DNA from: Octopus sinensis
Taxonomy: Eukaryota
Reading direction: 5' to 3'
Assembly (NCBI RefSeq): GCF_006345805.1
Contig: NC_043019.1
Span: forward strand, 15,189,360 to 15,253,359
Length of the DNA stretch: 64,000 nt
The translations under genes and the position numbers were made by a program. Of the stretch, positions 13,458 through 26,765 are shown piece after piece. The notes under the pieces were generated by a model. The model did not search any database. It had not been told where the DNA came from and saw only the letters and a list, made by a program, of their open reading frames with translations. Every line of letters begins with the position of its first letter. Position 1 is the stretch's first letter.

Positions 13458-14603
13458 GGTTTCTTAAGCTTCTTACCCATACAACCATGCACAGTCGTGA
13501 GAGGGTCAGTTCTACTCCAGATGCCCCCCACAAATAAGTGTGACTTAGCAAGCATATACCATATGTTTCCTTAAGTGTTTTACTTGCCTATATAATGGGT
13601 AGAGACCCCCTTTTGGTCATGTATGACCATGGGATTGCACCTAGAAAGTTCCCCTCCAAGATACAAGTCCAGGCAAGGAAGACCAGCAGTTGCCCATGTG
13701 AACCAGCCTCTCATGTGTACCATCACTGAAGCAGCAGAGAAGGCCAGTGGGACCGAACTAGGAGTTTGCTGTTATTGGGATGCAATCTGGGACTTGCTCA
13801 ACCCTGGCTGGGTCAACTGGACAATTGGGGTTTAATGTTGGAAGACCCGAAACCCCTGGGTCAGTGTTTTTTACCCATCATCACAGATTGAAAACCGATG
13901 CTGGTATGTTTACATCCTTGTAACTTAGTTTTTCAGCATAAGAGACTACCAGGCTTCAAAGAAAATAAAATCAAGAACTGGTTTCGATGTATTCAACAAA
14001 AAATGCTTCAAAGCAATGCTCCAGCATGGCCGCAGCCTAATGAATGAAACAATTAAAGGACAGAGAACCAAAATTAATACTGATTTTAATTGCTTTTTAT
14101 TTCAAAAATCAAAACTTTCTATCACAAACAAACAAAGGTTGATATATAACAGGATTATAATCAGATCTAATATTAGGGTTATTATCAGATCTATATGGGT
14201 GGTTATATTTTCAATTTGTTTCTTAGGTTCAACCCGGCCCTAAAAGAAGAGGCCCCTGGTAAAAGATATTTTAACCGTCACCATGATGCTGTTGTTAATT
14301 AATCTGTTGTTAATTAATCTTGTCTGAAATAAAAGGAATTCCTAGCGTAACCATGCGTCTTTCCCGCCCGCTATTGCTACCAGACAGACACAACAGTCTA
14401 TATTGTCCGATGTGTCTCACATCTATTAAAGGGTTCTGTGGTATGATTTGAGAAAGATTTGGCTGTTGTTTCTAGCAAGCCATGTGAGTGATCATGCTGG
14501 TAAAATAAATTTGGTCAGTTGATATTTTTGCCAAAAAGATAAAAATACTAAACAAGAAACTTATAAAATTCATAAAAAAATAAACACAGAGATATTATAC
14601 ATA

Positions 14604-14680
<77 letters not shown>

Positions 14681-14909
14681 ATATACAGATATATATGCAT
14701 AGAGATACACAGACAGATAGATATGTACAACCACACACGAAATATATACATACACACACTATATATATATATGTGCACACACTATATATATATTATACAT
14801 ATACATACACACACTGATAGACAGACAGCTAGATATATACACAGATATTATATATATACACAAGCACACACATATATATATGCATATATACATAGAGATA
14901 GACAGAGAC

Positions 14910-14954
<45 letters not shown>

Positions 14955-15689
14955 GCACACACAATATACACACATATATATGCATATATAATTAGAGATA
15001 GACAGACAGATATGTATACACACACACACACACACACAGATATCTTACCTCTATTGTAGCAGAGTGGCACATCCGAAATGCAAAGAAGCAAACTTTGTAT
15101 ATTTAGATAAATGCATGAAGAATATTTTTAGAGTATATAATTCCAGAGAGCTTCAAGTGTAAGCAGCGTAGAACAAGAGAACGGTAACGCCGGTAAGTTA
15201 GAAGACCTCGTTTCCTGTATTGCAATAACTTTTTATCCACTTTTTTCCTTTCTGTTTTTTCTGGGGTTCTTTTTTAAAGAAAACTCCGTTGTTACTTGGT
15301 ACAAAACAATTACATAAACACACATATATATATATGTATATATATACTGCACCCACGCTCTCTCTCTCTCTTTCTGTGTATATGTGTGTGTGTATGTCAG
15401 GGAGTATCTGTGTGTGTTGTATGTGTGTGTGTGTGTGTGTGTGTTGTTTAGAAAATGAAAATTCGGGGGGAAAGTGGAAAATCACAAGTTGAATGGGATA
15501 GGACAATCATGCCTACAGCGTGTGCAGCAAGACGTGTTGAACAGCAGGGAGAAAAGAAGTGTAACTGTATGCATGCATATGTGTGCGTGCGAGTGGGTGC
15601 ATGTGTATATATGTGTGTGTGTGTGTGTATGTGTGTGCGTAAGTGTGTGTGTTAGGTAGAAAGCAGAGAAAAATAGAAGCTTGTTCCCC

Positions 15690-15910
15690 GAAACTCCCCG
15701 ATTTCACTCGCAACCTTACACACAACAGCACACATGTAACCGCAAATACACACGCAGCTACTGCAGTCGGCAGAAGTTATCAGCGATGCACACAACAGCA
15801 GTAGCAGCGGCGGCGGCAGCGATGGCGACGACATTGAGAGCGGCGGCGGCAGCGGCAGCAGGAGGGGAAGCGAGGGAGGAGGGGAGGAGGAGAGGGAGTG
15901 GTACGTAATC
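15690..15910. promoter_or_regulatory. CpG/GC-rich island with (GCG/GCA)n runs; candidate 5' exon or promoter
   Basis: Highest CpG density outside SINEs; consensus donors on both strands (+ gtg/gtacgt at 15900, - t/gtaagg at 15720). Confidence 0.4.
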
Positions 15911-16058
15911 TGATAGGGAAATCTTTCCAGGCAGTGTGCCTGCCAGTTTCCAAATTAGATGAAGCCATCATTATTATCAGCATCATCATCATCGTCGTCA
16001 TCATCATGAGTTATATTACAACTAGTATCATTGCCATTGTTGCTACTACAACTATTAT

Positions 16059-16118
<60 letters not shown>

Positions 16119-16646
16119 AGCTACTGCTATTATTATTATTATCATTATTATTATTATTCTAAACTTTGTAATAACAAACAGGAGGATGTGGTGAAGAGGC
16201 AAAAACAAAAAAAATGGTAGTTCCAAACATGGCACGGCACCGGCTGACGCTTCCATCCCCTCCCCCACATACCTACCCCCTAATCCAAACAAAATACACC
16301 CACACCCACCCACACAAATGGTATAATAACATCTAACTTAGTCGCAAGGTCAGAAATTTGGTAATAAGGAGAAAGTTGTCGGTGTCGACCCAAGTATTTA
16401 ACTGGTACTCTATTGACCTTGTGAAGGTGCATGGCCTGGTGGTTAGAATGTTGCATCCACCATCACCAGATCATGAGTTCAATTCCCAGGCTGGGCAGCT
16501 CATTGTCTTTCTTCACCAAAACACTTTCATTTCATGTGGCTCTATTGCTTTGTATGGACCGGCATGTCAAAGAAGGGACCCGTTCTCTCGGCAAGTTGTG
16601 AAAGGCAACTGAAAGGAGTTGAGGTAGGATTCGTACCCCAACCTCA

Positions 16647-16937
16647 TAAAACCCTCACCAGCAAGGGACAACTACCCGAACAAACCCATGCGCTGGAGGG
16701 TTGTCGCCCGAGGGGTGCAAAGGTGCCCTCAGCCAAGAACAGTGAGTAATCACCAACAGAATGGTAGGAGCAGCAATGCATTATTACAGTGCATTTCCCC
16801 CATACTTGTAAAACCCTCACCAGCAAGAGCAACCCAAACAGACCCAAGCGCTGGAGGGCTGTTGCCCAAGTGATGCAACGGTGCCACCAGCCAACAAATG
16901 GCAGATGCAACAGTACACTGTTACAGTATATTTCCCA
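16647..16937 (+). repeat. Diverged direct repeat of a ~160-bp GC-rich unit downstream of a tRNA-type head (16418-16530)
   Basis: taaaaccctcaccagcaag...gcgctggaggg..gtt at 16647 and 16809. Confidence 0.75.
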
Positions 16938-16955
16938 TACTACTACAACTAATAC

Positions 16956-17001
<46 letters not shown>

Positions 17002-17004
<3 letters not shown>

Positions 17005-17363
17005 TAGTTCTATTTTTATAGCGTGCTTTCACTTCACTACCGAGCTCAGCTCTGTGTGCCTTGGGTATGTGCTGTGATTTGTTGTGATGCTCTTATGGTT
17101 ACTGTATTGAAAGTATTTTGCGTAGGATGTGTGTGCAGTGCCTAGTAGTGCAATTTTCTGTATGTTATATGTGTTTGTAAGTCCTGGTGTTTCTTTTATG
17201 TATTTGTCTGAATATTTTTTTTATCATACCTAATGCGCCTACTATGATAGAAATTGTTTCTGTTTTCAGATTCCACATTCGAGTTACCTCTATTTCCAGG
17301 TCTTTGTAGTTTGAAAGTTTCTTCATTTCTTTTAGAGAAACGATGTCATCTGCTGGTATTGAT
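17002..17363 (-). mobile_element. 5'-truncated R4/Dong-like LINE (restriction-like endonuclease end plus 3' UTR) in (TAA)n
   Basis: IPADDIVSLKEMKKLSNYKDLEIEVTRMWNLKTETISIIVGALGMIKK...QKIALLGTAH(2-nt insertion)ILRKILSIQ*, flanked on both sides by (att)n. Confidence 0.8.
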
Positions 17364-17399
17364 TTATTTATTATTATTATTATTATTGACCTCAGAAGT

Positions 17400-17580
17400 G
17401 TTAAAAAAGAAAACTGGAGCATTATAGTTGATTTAATAACAAACAAAAAAAAATATGAATAAAATGTGACAAATATACCTGGGCTTACAACTTTACACGT
17501 AGTCCAAAAGGCAGCTCTGCTAGGCACGACCCACATCTTACATAAACATATTCTTTCATTTCAAGAGCACAACTCAAGCA
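17400..17580 (+). mobile_element. Older R4/Dong-like LINE 3' fragment
   Basis: From 17475: IPGLTTLHVVQKAALLGTTHILHK, homologous to the C-terminus of the adjacent minus-strand copy. Confidence 0.6.
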
Positions 17581-18164
17581 GTAACAACTATTCATACAAC
17601 ACATGCTCCACACAAACCCCGCCCCAATAAAACACACACACACACACACAGAGTCATACCTAATAACCAACTCAGGCAGATCACATTCTACACGGTTGCT
17701 ATAATTTACATCACAACCCATGCAGTCTATACATTAGGGTTCAACGGGATTTTCACATTACTGACCCCCCCATTGCACTTCATGGATTCATTAGCCTGTT
17801 GGTCCCCGAATTCTCTTGTCTTCTACGTGTTTCAGCCGTTAGACTTGTGGCCATGCTGGAGCACTAACTTGCAGAACTTTTAGAATTAATCAACCCCCAA
17901 CACCTATTGTTTTCTAAAGCCTGGTACTTATTCTATCGATGTCTTTTGCCAAACCGCTAAGTCATGGAGCTGTGGGAGGGGATGAGTCTATTACATGGAC
18001 CCCAGTGTTTCACTGGCGCCTAATTTATCGACCCCCAAAAGGATGAAAGACAAAGTCGACCTAAGCAAAATTTGAACTCAGAATGTAGTGGTAGACAAAA
18101 TACCGCTAAGCATTTTGCCCTGCATGCTAACGATTCAGCAAACTCAATGCCTTATTATTATTAT

Positions 18165-18196
<32 letters not shown>

Positions 18197-19120
18197 GTGA
18201 TGGTGGTGGTGGTGGTGGTGGTGGTGGTGGTGGTGGTGGTGGTGAGAAGAACCAAGTTTACAGTTGGTTAGTTTCCTTAGAAACAGGATACAAACTTACA
18301 CACACAGACACACAGACACACACACAACTATAAACCATTCCAGTATCACTTATCACTCAATCTCTGTTTTGACTCTTCAGATAAGCTGCTGAAACACTTC
18401 GCCATTGTCTCAGAATTCACAGTAAATTTACAGGGTTTTAACAGATTTCTAAGAAAGAAATCGCTTCTTTCATGATTCCTTTTACCCATTTCTTTATACA
18501 TATATATATATATATAGAATGTTCTCTAACCAGTAAATTGACTGCTGTAGTTTATTAACTGCAAATTTCCGATTTCAGCACGCCAAAGTGAAGGCATTTG
18601 AAAGATACACCTAAATATAATTTGTGGAACTCTATACATGCTGGATTTCGGTTGAGTGTTCTGTATCTAGTTCTGGAAATTGTGTTTTGTAAATGACAAT
18701 GTTGATGATCTTGCAGATAATTTGTGTGTTAATATACATAAATATTAACAAGTGAAACTAATTAGTACATAGGTAATCGTTTTTTATTTTGTATATTTTC
18801 ATTTGTCTTGCTTATTTTTACACTTTGGTTTTTTGCTGAGTTTTGTATGGATGGATGGATAGATGGATGGATGGAGGGAGGGAGGGAGGGAGGGATGGAT
18901 AGGTAGATAGATAGACAAACAAATAGATAGATAGATAGATAGATAGATAGATTGATATGTATATACATACATACGTACATACATACATGCATACTACCAT
19001 TGCTAGTATGAAGGCACATGACTTAGCAATTAGGGTATTCAGATCATAGTCAGAAGGTCATGAGTTCAATTCTCAGCGACATCGTTATGTCCTTGAGCAA
19101 GACACTTTATTTCACATTTC

Positions 19121-19154
<34 letters not shown>

Positions 19155-19156
19155 TC

Positions 19157-19207
<51 letters not shown>

Positions 19208-19688
19208 ACACATGTGTGTGTGTATATATATATATATATAAATGTATATATGCGTGCACATGTGTGTGTGTCTATTAGGCATGTATGGATGTATACATGT
19301 ATATATATGTATGCATGTATATATGTATGTATGTAAGTATATATGTAATATGTAAGTAGGTAGGTCTGAGGAGGAGAAATCTCCATTTTTAACAGGATGT
19401 AGCAGCTGGAAGTTGTTAGTCTAAACTGAGTGTGAATTGAAATGATATTAATAATAATGAAGAGCTCCATTACCAGCACCAACCCCACCACGACCACCAC
19501 CCATACAGCAGGTGTCTGATGATGTACAGTGCAGATATTTTAACCTGGAACCAACATCATTATAAACAAAACAGAATAGCAATGTGTGCGTATATATGTA
19601 TATACACACACACAAATATACAGAAATATATACACATACATATATACATACAGCATGGACAACAGACGTTAAATGATGGTGATAATGG

Positions 19689-19721
<33 letters not shown>

Positions 19722-20767
19722 GCATATATACATATACATATACACATATGCATATACATATACACACACACCTACATACACATACATGCATACACATACA
19801 TACATATACACACACACACATATATATATATACATACACACACACACACATATATATACATACACATACACTCTTATAAACCCCCCCACACACACACACA
19901 CGGAGATATACTTGCACATACACAGGGTTATCAAATTACAACTCAATTTATTCATAGAAAAAGATAAAGAAGGAGGGGGGAGCTGAAAACCAAAGCCTTA
20001 ATATTATAAGCACAAGTGCATCCATTTCAGATGTTATGGGGAAGTCGTGATGAAGGAAGGAGAAGAAAGTTGAACAGGCTGGTGGGTTGGTCCAGGGCTA
20101 CAAAATACAACTGGGGTCTCAAGAGTGGAATTACAGAAAAGCAGTTGGATGAAGTTTTATTTAACTATAAGGAAATTATAGTATCATGACCAATTGTTTC
20201 GTAACTTAAAAGCATGTAAATAATTTATATTATATTTAATAATGAATGAATTACTTACATATCCATAATAAATGCAAAATGCAAAAAATCCTTCAAACTA
20301 ATGCAGGATTTAAGCTTTCTTTTATGACTACTACTGCATTACTTGAATCCAAATATGTTTACTTAAATATATATAGGGATGGATGGATGGATGGACAGAC
20401 AGACAGATAGATAGATAGACAAATAGAAGGATGGATGGATGGATAGATAGATAGCTAGATAAAAAGATGGATGGATGGAGGGAAGGAGGTAGGGAGGGAG
20501 GGATGGGTGGATGAATGGAGGGATGGAGGGATGGATGGATGGATAGACGGACCGATGGATAGATAGGTAGATAGATAGACAGACAAATAGATAGATAGAT
20601 AGATAGGTAGATAGACAGTAAATAGATAGATAGATACGTACATACATACATAGACAGACAGATAGACAGACAGACAGACAGACAGACAAATGGATGGATG
20701 GATGGATGGATAGATAGCTAGATAGATAGATAGCCAGACAGACAGACACAGATAGATACATACATGA

Positions 20768-21035
20768 GGGCACATGGCTAGTGGTGAGAGTGTTACACTC
20801 ATGATCACAAGATCGTAGTTTCAATTCCTAAACCGGGTGGTGGATTGTGTTCTTGAGCAAAACACTTCATCTCATGTTGTTTTGTGATTACTTCAAACAA
20901 CACCTGACGCAGGGTACACCATGCACCCGTTCAGGCAAAATCGGTTTGAAGGAGGGAGAGAGCTAATGTGCGACACATACCTTTGATCACAATAAACAAA
21001 CTATTCGTGCGCAACATTCGGCAAAAGCTGAACAC
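20768..21035 (+). mobile_element. SINE with E-type head and a different body
   Basis: gggcacatggctagtgg...gtttcaattcc...ttcttgagcaaaacacttcat head, then unique body. Confidence 0.6.
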
Positions 21036-21469
21036 TTAGATGTTGTTCGTAAAATATGTTCACGGTGAGTGAGAGGTGGAAGAAAGTGATGGCAAGACGG
21101 GAGATTGATCATGGATGAAGAATTGCCAATTTATTTCGTAACTGGCATAAAAAAAATCCAATTCCTCACTTTGGCTGCTCATTAGAGGTTATTAATGGAG
21201 AGAGAATTTGAAACATCAATCACTATGTTACACACACACACACACACACACTTAACACAAATTTGCTTGTCAGATAAATTCATTCGCTTGTTGTTGTTTT
21301 TTTTACCCCATTTATTTGAATTCTTTCCACTGTTATTTGAATTAAACAAAAAATACTTTTATCACAGCATTTCATGGTGGTTTCATAGTTTTTACTTACT
21401 GCTTTTGAAATCTGAATAAATTTTACCTCTTTTCAGACATATGAAAATAGGCTCTGGGTTCAGTCACAC

Positions 21470-21812
21470 TGCATGGCATCTTGGGCATCTTGGGCAAGTG
21501 TCTTCTGCCATAGCCCCGGGCCGACCAATGCTTTGTGAGTGGATTTGGTAGACAGAAACTGAAAGAAGCCTGTCGTGTATATATATATGTATGTGTGTGT
21601 ATATGTTTGTGTGTCTGTGTTTGTCCCCTTAGCATTGCTTGACAACCAATGCTGATGTCTTTACGTCCCCGTCACTTAGCGGTTCGGCAAAAAGAGACCG
21701 ATAGAATAAGTACTGGGCTTACAAAGAATAAGTCCCGGGGTCGATTTGCTCGACTAAAGACGGTGCTCCAGCATGGCCGCAGTCAAATGACTGAAACAAG
21801 TAAAAGAGTATG
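21470..21812 (+). mobile_element. SINE family A, 5'-truncated
   Basis: CORE-like segment through the aagtaaaagagta tail. Confidence 0.85.
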
Positions 21813-21829
21813 AAGTCTTTTTTCGTCAT

Positions 21830-22080
21830 GTACCATACACCTGTAATGCATTGATGATGCTACAACAAAAGTCTTCCCAAATAAAGCACCAGTGCTTCTG
21901 CTGCCTGACCACTCTTGTCCAACCGCCACATGATATTGTCCCTTCATCATATTCTTTACCTACCCCTTGATACACTGTCCTCTACTCTTCCTTCTACAAT
22001 AACGTTTCTTAGACCTCAGCTTCTCTGAATTTGGCCATCATAGATGAGCTTTTGTTCTTTCACAATATTCAAGCGTTTTC
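21830..22080 (-). mobile_element. Degenerate RTE-like LINE 3' fragment
   Basis: Minus-strand IVEGRVEDSVSRGR*RI, resembling the (L/I)xEGxxEGxRxRGR motif, with stops. Confidence 0.5.
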
Positions 22081-22119
22081 ATCTTTCACCTACTTGTTGT
22101 AACACATATTCATTTAATA

Positions 22120-22411
22120 CAGTTCTATATTTAAGAGATGAGGAATTATGTACATTATTTACATTATTTACATTTGACGGATATTTGTCCTCGTCTTGTT
22201 TGTTGTTAACACGTTTCAGCTGATATACCCTCCAGCCTTCATCAGGTGTCTTGGGGAAATTTCTAATCTGGATTCTCATTCCTAAGGTATTTTCGGTGGT
22301 GTTGTTGTTGTTGTTATTATTATTATTATCATTATTATTATTATTCAGGTTACTGCTTGGAATTGAACTCGGAATCTTGGGATTAGTAGCCTGCACTCTT
22401 AACCACTACAC
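22120..22411 (-). mobile_element. tRNA-headed element carrying a hammerhead ribozyme (Penelope-like terminal-repeat type)
   Basis: A-box gtgtagtggttaag and B-box gagttcaattcca, (AAT/AAC)n linker, hammerhead at 22205-22250, AT-rich tail with tgtaaataa repeats. Confidence 0.7.
22205..22250 (-). ncRNA. Minimal type I hammerhead ribozyme, this copy lacking the NUH triplet
   Basis: gacac-CUGAUGA-a-GGCUG(gagggtatat)CAGCU-GAAAC-GUGUU; helix I strands GACAC/GUGUU, canonical core. Confidence 0.7.
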
Positions 22412-22639
22412 CCATGGTGTAGTGGTTAAGAGCGCGGGCTACTAATGTCAAATACAAACACACACACACACATTCACTCACCAGGTACGTATATTCATTT
22501 AAATGCACACACATACATAGAGCTAACCAAAAACCTTGTGAGAAGATGTGGTAGACAGAATCTGAAAGAAGCCCATCACGTGTGGGTGTGTGTGTGTGCT
22601 CTTCCACTATCTGACAAGCAGTGTTGGTCCAAACACACA

Positions 22640-22905
22640 CACACATGCACACAATCACACACACACATGCACACAATCACACACACACATGCACACAATC
22701 ACACACACACACAATCACACAATCACACACACATGCACACAATCACACACACATGCACACAATCACTCACACACACATGCACACAATCACACACACACAC
22801 ATGCACACAATCACACACACACACATGCACACAATCACACACACATGCACACACACTCACACACACACACACACACACACACACATGCACAATCACACAC
22901 ACACA
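22640..22905. repeat. Minisatellite (tgcacacaatcacacacaca)n
   Basis: About 10 units of 18-22 bp. Confidence 0.9.
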
Positions 22906-23277
22906 CTTGCAAGGTTAACACACATGTGTGCGCACCCCCCCCCCCCCCTATATTTGCAGAGAGGCTAAAACTGTAGGAATAAGCAAAAAAAAAGAAACAG
23001 AAAAATAACAAAATAAAACAAGGATAATAAGGGTAGAGACTTCATACTGAGTGAACCGATGAAAGGGGTGGATGTTGGAAGGGGACACAGGGCATAGTGT
23101 GTGAATCAATGAAAGGGGTGCCTGTGGAAGGGTTACAGAGACACAGTGTGAAAGGAAAAGGTATGTGACCTGAGAACATGTTTATTGTTTGAATGGGGAA
23201 AAGGGAGAACTCCACCCTTCTACCTTGTGACATTGTGGCTGGCAGGTATGGGCTGATGTTTGGGATGGGGGTGGGGG

Positions 23278-23670
23278 AGAGAGAGAGAGAGAGAGACAGT
23301 GCAATAGAGAGAGTGAGCAACACAGAGAGAGAATGCAACAGAGAGAGAGCAACAGAGAGAGAGAGCAACAGAGAGAGAGAGAGAGCAACAGAGAGAGAGA
23401 GCAACAGAGAGAGAGAGAGCAACAGAGGCAGAGCAAGAGAGAAACAGAGAGAGAGGGATAGAAAGTAACAGAGAGCAATAGACAAAGAGAGTGAGCAACA
23501 GAGTAATAGAGTGAGAGAGAGAGAAAATGAGAGAGAGATCAACAGAGAGAGAGAAGGAGTAACAGAGAGAGAGAGAGAACAAGAGAGAAAGAAAGAACAG
23601 AGAGAGAGAGAGAGCAACAGAGAAAGAGAGAGAGAGCAACAGAGAGAGAGAGAGAGAAGGAAAGAGAGAA
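23278..23670. repeat. GA-rich minisatellite (agagagagagcaac)n
   Basis: Recurrent gcaaca spacer within (GA)n. Confidence 0.9.
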
Positions 23671-24029
23671 AGAATAACAAAAACGCAGACAGACAAACAG
23701 ACAGACAGACAGAGCTTTGGATATTGTGTCAGCCAGGCTAAGTAGGGGAAACCTTTAAACTACATACTGGGGAGCAGAAGCAAAGCCTTATGTAATAATC
23801 TAATATAAGGGTCTATGAAAGGGATCCCCCACTCCCAGCAATAAGAGAAAGGACAGGTGTAAAATTTAGGGTAAAGCTGGGGAGAATAATGAAGGGGTAC
23901 AAAAACTGGGTCTGGTTTATCGTTGATTACAGAAACGTGGCGTATCTCGTGATATAACTGCAAGAGGTAACCTCTACTTGGTCTCTAAATCACTAGAAAT
24001 AGCAGCCAAATCTTCCTTAGGTCACACCA

Positions 24030-24365
24030 ACTTACTACCTGGCTCTCCGTCGGTTACAACAATGAGTGTTGTTGTTGATCCGACCAATGGAACAAGCCTG
24101 CTTGTGAGATTAACATGCAAGTGGCTGAGTACTCCACAGACATTTGTATCCCTGACGTAGTTCTCAGGGAGGTTCAGTGTGACATGGAATGCGACACATG
24201 GCTGGCCCCTTTGAAATACAGGTACAACTGATTTTTGCCAGCTGAGTGGACTTGAGCAATGTGAAATAAAGTGTCTTGCTCAAGGACATGAAGTGCCACC
24301 AGGAATTGAACCCACGACCTTACAATCATGAGCCGAATGCCCTAACCACTAAGACACGTGCCTTC
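24030..24365 (-). mobile_element. Chimeric SINE: E-type head with F-type tail
   Basis: Same architecture as the + copy at 56310-56605. Confidence 0.75.
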
Positions 24366-24473
24366 ACTTATTACAATCTAAATAAGATGCATTAGATAAT
24401 ATATCCTGCATAGACCAGAACAAATGGGATGGTCATGGCTGGAATCCATGACGTAAGTCTACCCAGTTAGGTT

Positions 24474-24630
24474 CAGTAATGTAGCTGGAGGGAGCGGTCT
24501 GCCCTGGGCAGTACTTTTATGGGGGCAGCACCACTTTTGGGTCTGCTGCAGGCAACGTATTTTCATGGGAACTCGGGGGCAGCAAACTAAAGGGCCACCC
24601 CGGGTGGCACACACTCTAGTTATGCTAGTG
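24474..24630. mobile_element. hAT-type MITE with 8-bp TSD
   Basis: Imperfect TIRs cagtaatgtagctgga / tctagttatgctagtg; flanks gttaggtt (24466-24473) and gttacgtt (24631-24638). Confidence 0.65.
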
Positions 24631-25178
24631 GTTACGTTTGTTCTGGGACTAAATACTAAATATGAAAGTCAACGAGAAATACTTGTCCACAACAGAGCCA
24701 CTTGCTCTGCTAGAAATGGCAGTCAAACTTCCAACTCAGATCACACTCTGTTGCCATAAAAAGAACAATACATGGAATAATGTAAACGTAACCATCCTGA
24801 GTCACACCGACTCATAAGGGCCGGTTTCCCAGTTTCCATGATGTGTATATTCTCCAATTGGATGGGATGCCAGACCTTCGCAGGATTACTCCTTTTTGCA
24901 GCAACGTGAAATGAAGTGGTTTGCTCAAGAACACAATGTACCGTCTGAACCAGGAACCGAAACCACTTACATATGTGGACGTGTGTATGAAAAAAACAAA
25001 AAAAAAGTGAGGATGGTAGCCATGGCTGGATTGCCTTTTAATCACAGGTCTGTTTGATCAGGGTCGGCCTGGGGTTAAACAAGAGCAGTGACATATGCAG
25101 AGCTGAAACTGTGCTAAGCAAACAGAAGCATGTGTGTGTATGTTTGTATGCATATGCTTGTGTACATACATACATACA

Positions 25179-25219
<41 letters not shown>

Positions 25220-25864
25220 CAGAACAAACAAACAAAGAACCCAATGTGTAACTTTCATTTTATGGATTATTGATCTGGAAGGGAACTGGAATCAATAAAG
25301 CCGAGCAAATAAGGTTCTGCGTTCATTTCGGCGAAATTATATTAGTTGTTGTCGTAGTAGTTTAACACCAGCTCAAGCTCTAGATCAAAAAACATCCCAA
25401 CCATGACAAACCACCCTGGCTCTTTTTTTTTTTTAATTAATTAATACGAAGAACATTTAGGGACCAGATATCCCCTTTCCTTGTGTATAATACAGTAGGT
25501 CGGAAAGGATTCAAGCAAGAACTGGAGTCGATCTGCGCTGCTATTTTTAGCACATCAAACCGTTATCTCGAAGAGCAGTTGGGGGCCCCCACATATTTCT
25601 TTGATGTAATGATGTATAATTTCCATGAGAGGAAACACAAAAATACAATAAAACTGTTAATGTGCACACATGCACACTTGCGCATACATACGCACATGTG
25701 TGCGTAAGCATACAGATGCATAGCGGGTGCACAAAAGCCTCAATAACTGTGTACATAGTATTGATCCTGGTCACCCAAAATAGCAGCCGGTTGCCGGTTT
25801 TACTAGGAAAATGTGTATAGAGTACACACATATATATACACATGTATATATGTGCATGTATGTA

Positions 25865-25907
25865 TGTGTGGTATACATGCAGATATTGAGCATCTGTATG
25901 TTAGGTA

Positions 25908-25973
<66 letters not shown>

Positions 25974-26765
25974 ATAAATATATAATATAATATAAATATC
26001 ATATATATATACATATATATATATATACCTATATATATATATACATATATATATAATATATATATATTATTATATGTAGTTGTATGTATATAGGTATGTA
26101 TACATATGTGTGTTATATATATGTGTATATATCTGTGTGTGTGTGTATACATGCAGATATATGAGCATCTGTATGTATGTATAATGTATATATATATATA
26201 TATATTATATATATATATTATATATATATAAATATATATATATATATAAATATATATATATATACATTATATATATATATAAATATATATATATAATACA
26301 TATATAATTATACATATATAATATATATGTATATATATATATATTATATATATATATGTATGTATGTATATATAGGTATGTATACATATGTGTGTATATA
26401 TATGTGTATATATCTGTGTGTGTGTGTGTATACATGCAGATATATGAGCATCTGTATGTATGTATATATGTATATATATATTATAATATATATATATATT
26501 ATATATATATAATATATATTATATATATAAATATAGATATATATACTATATATATATAAATATCTATATATATTACATATATATATATAATAATATATAT
26601 ATATATATATATGTATATTAATATATATATATATAATATATATATATATTAATATATATATTATGTATGTATATATAGGTATGTATACATATGTGTGTAT
26701 ATATATGGTATATATCTGTGTGTGGGTGTGTATACATGCAGATATATGAGCATGTATATAACCTT
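25865..26765. repeat. Higher-order repeat, about 3.3 units of ~275-300 bp built on (TA)n
   Basis: Anchor gtatacatgcagatat..gagcat at about 25871, 26146, 26428 and 26730. Confidence 0.85.

Noticed and set aside
25499-25606. Possible exon GRKGFKQELESICAAIFSTSNRYLEEQLGAPTYFFD
   Set aside because: It overlaps the gctgctatttctagca repeat motif seen many times in the window, and the donor is weak.
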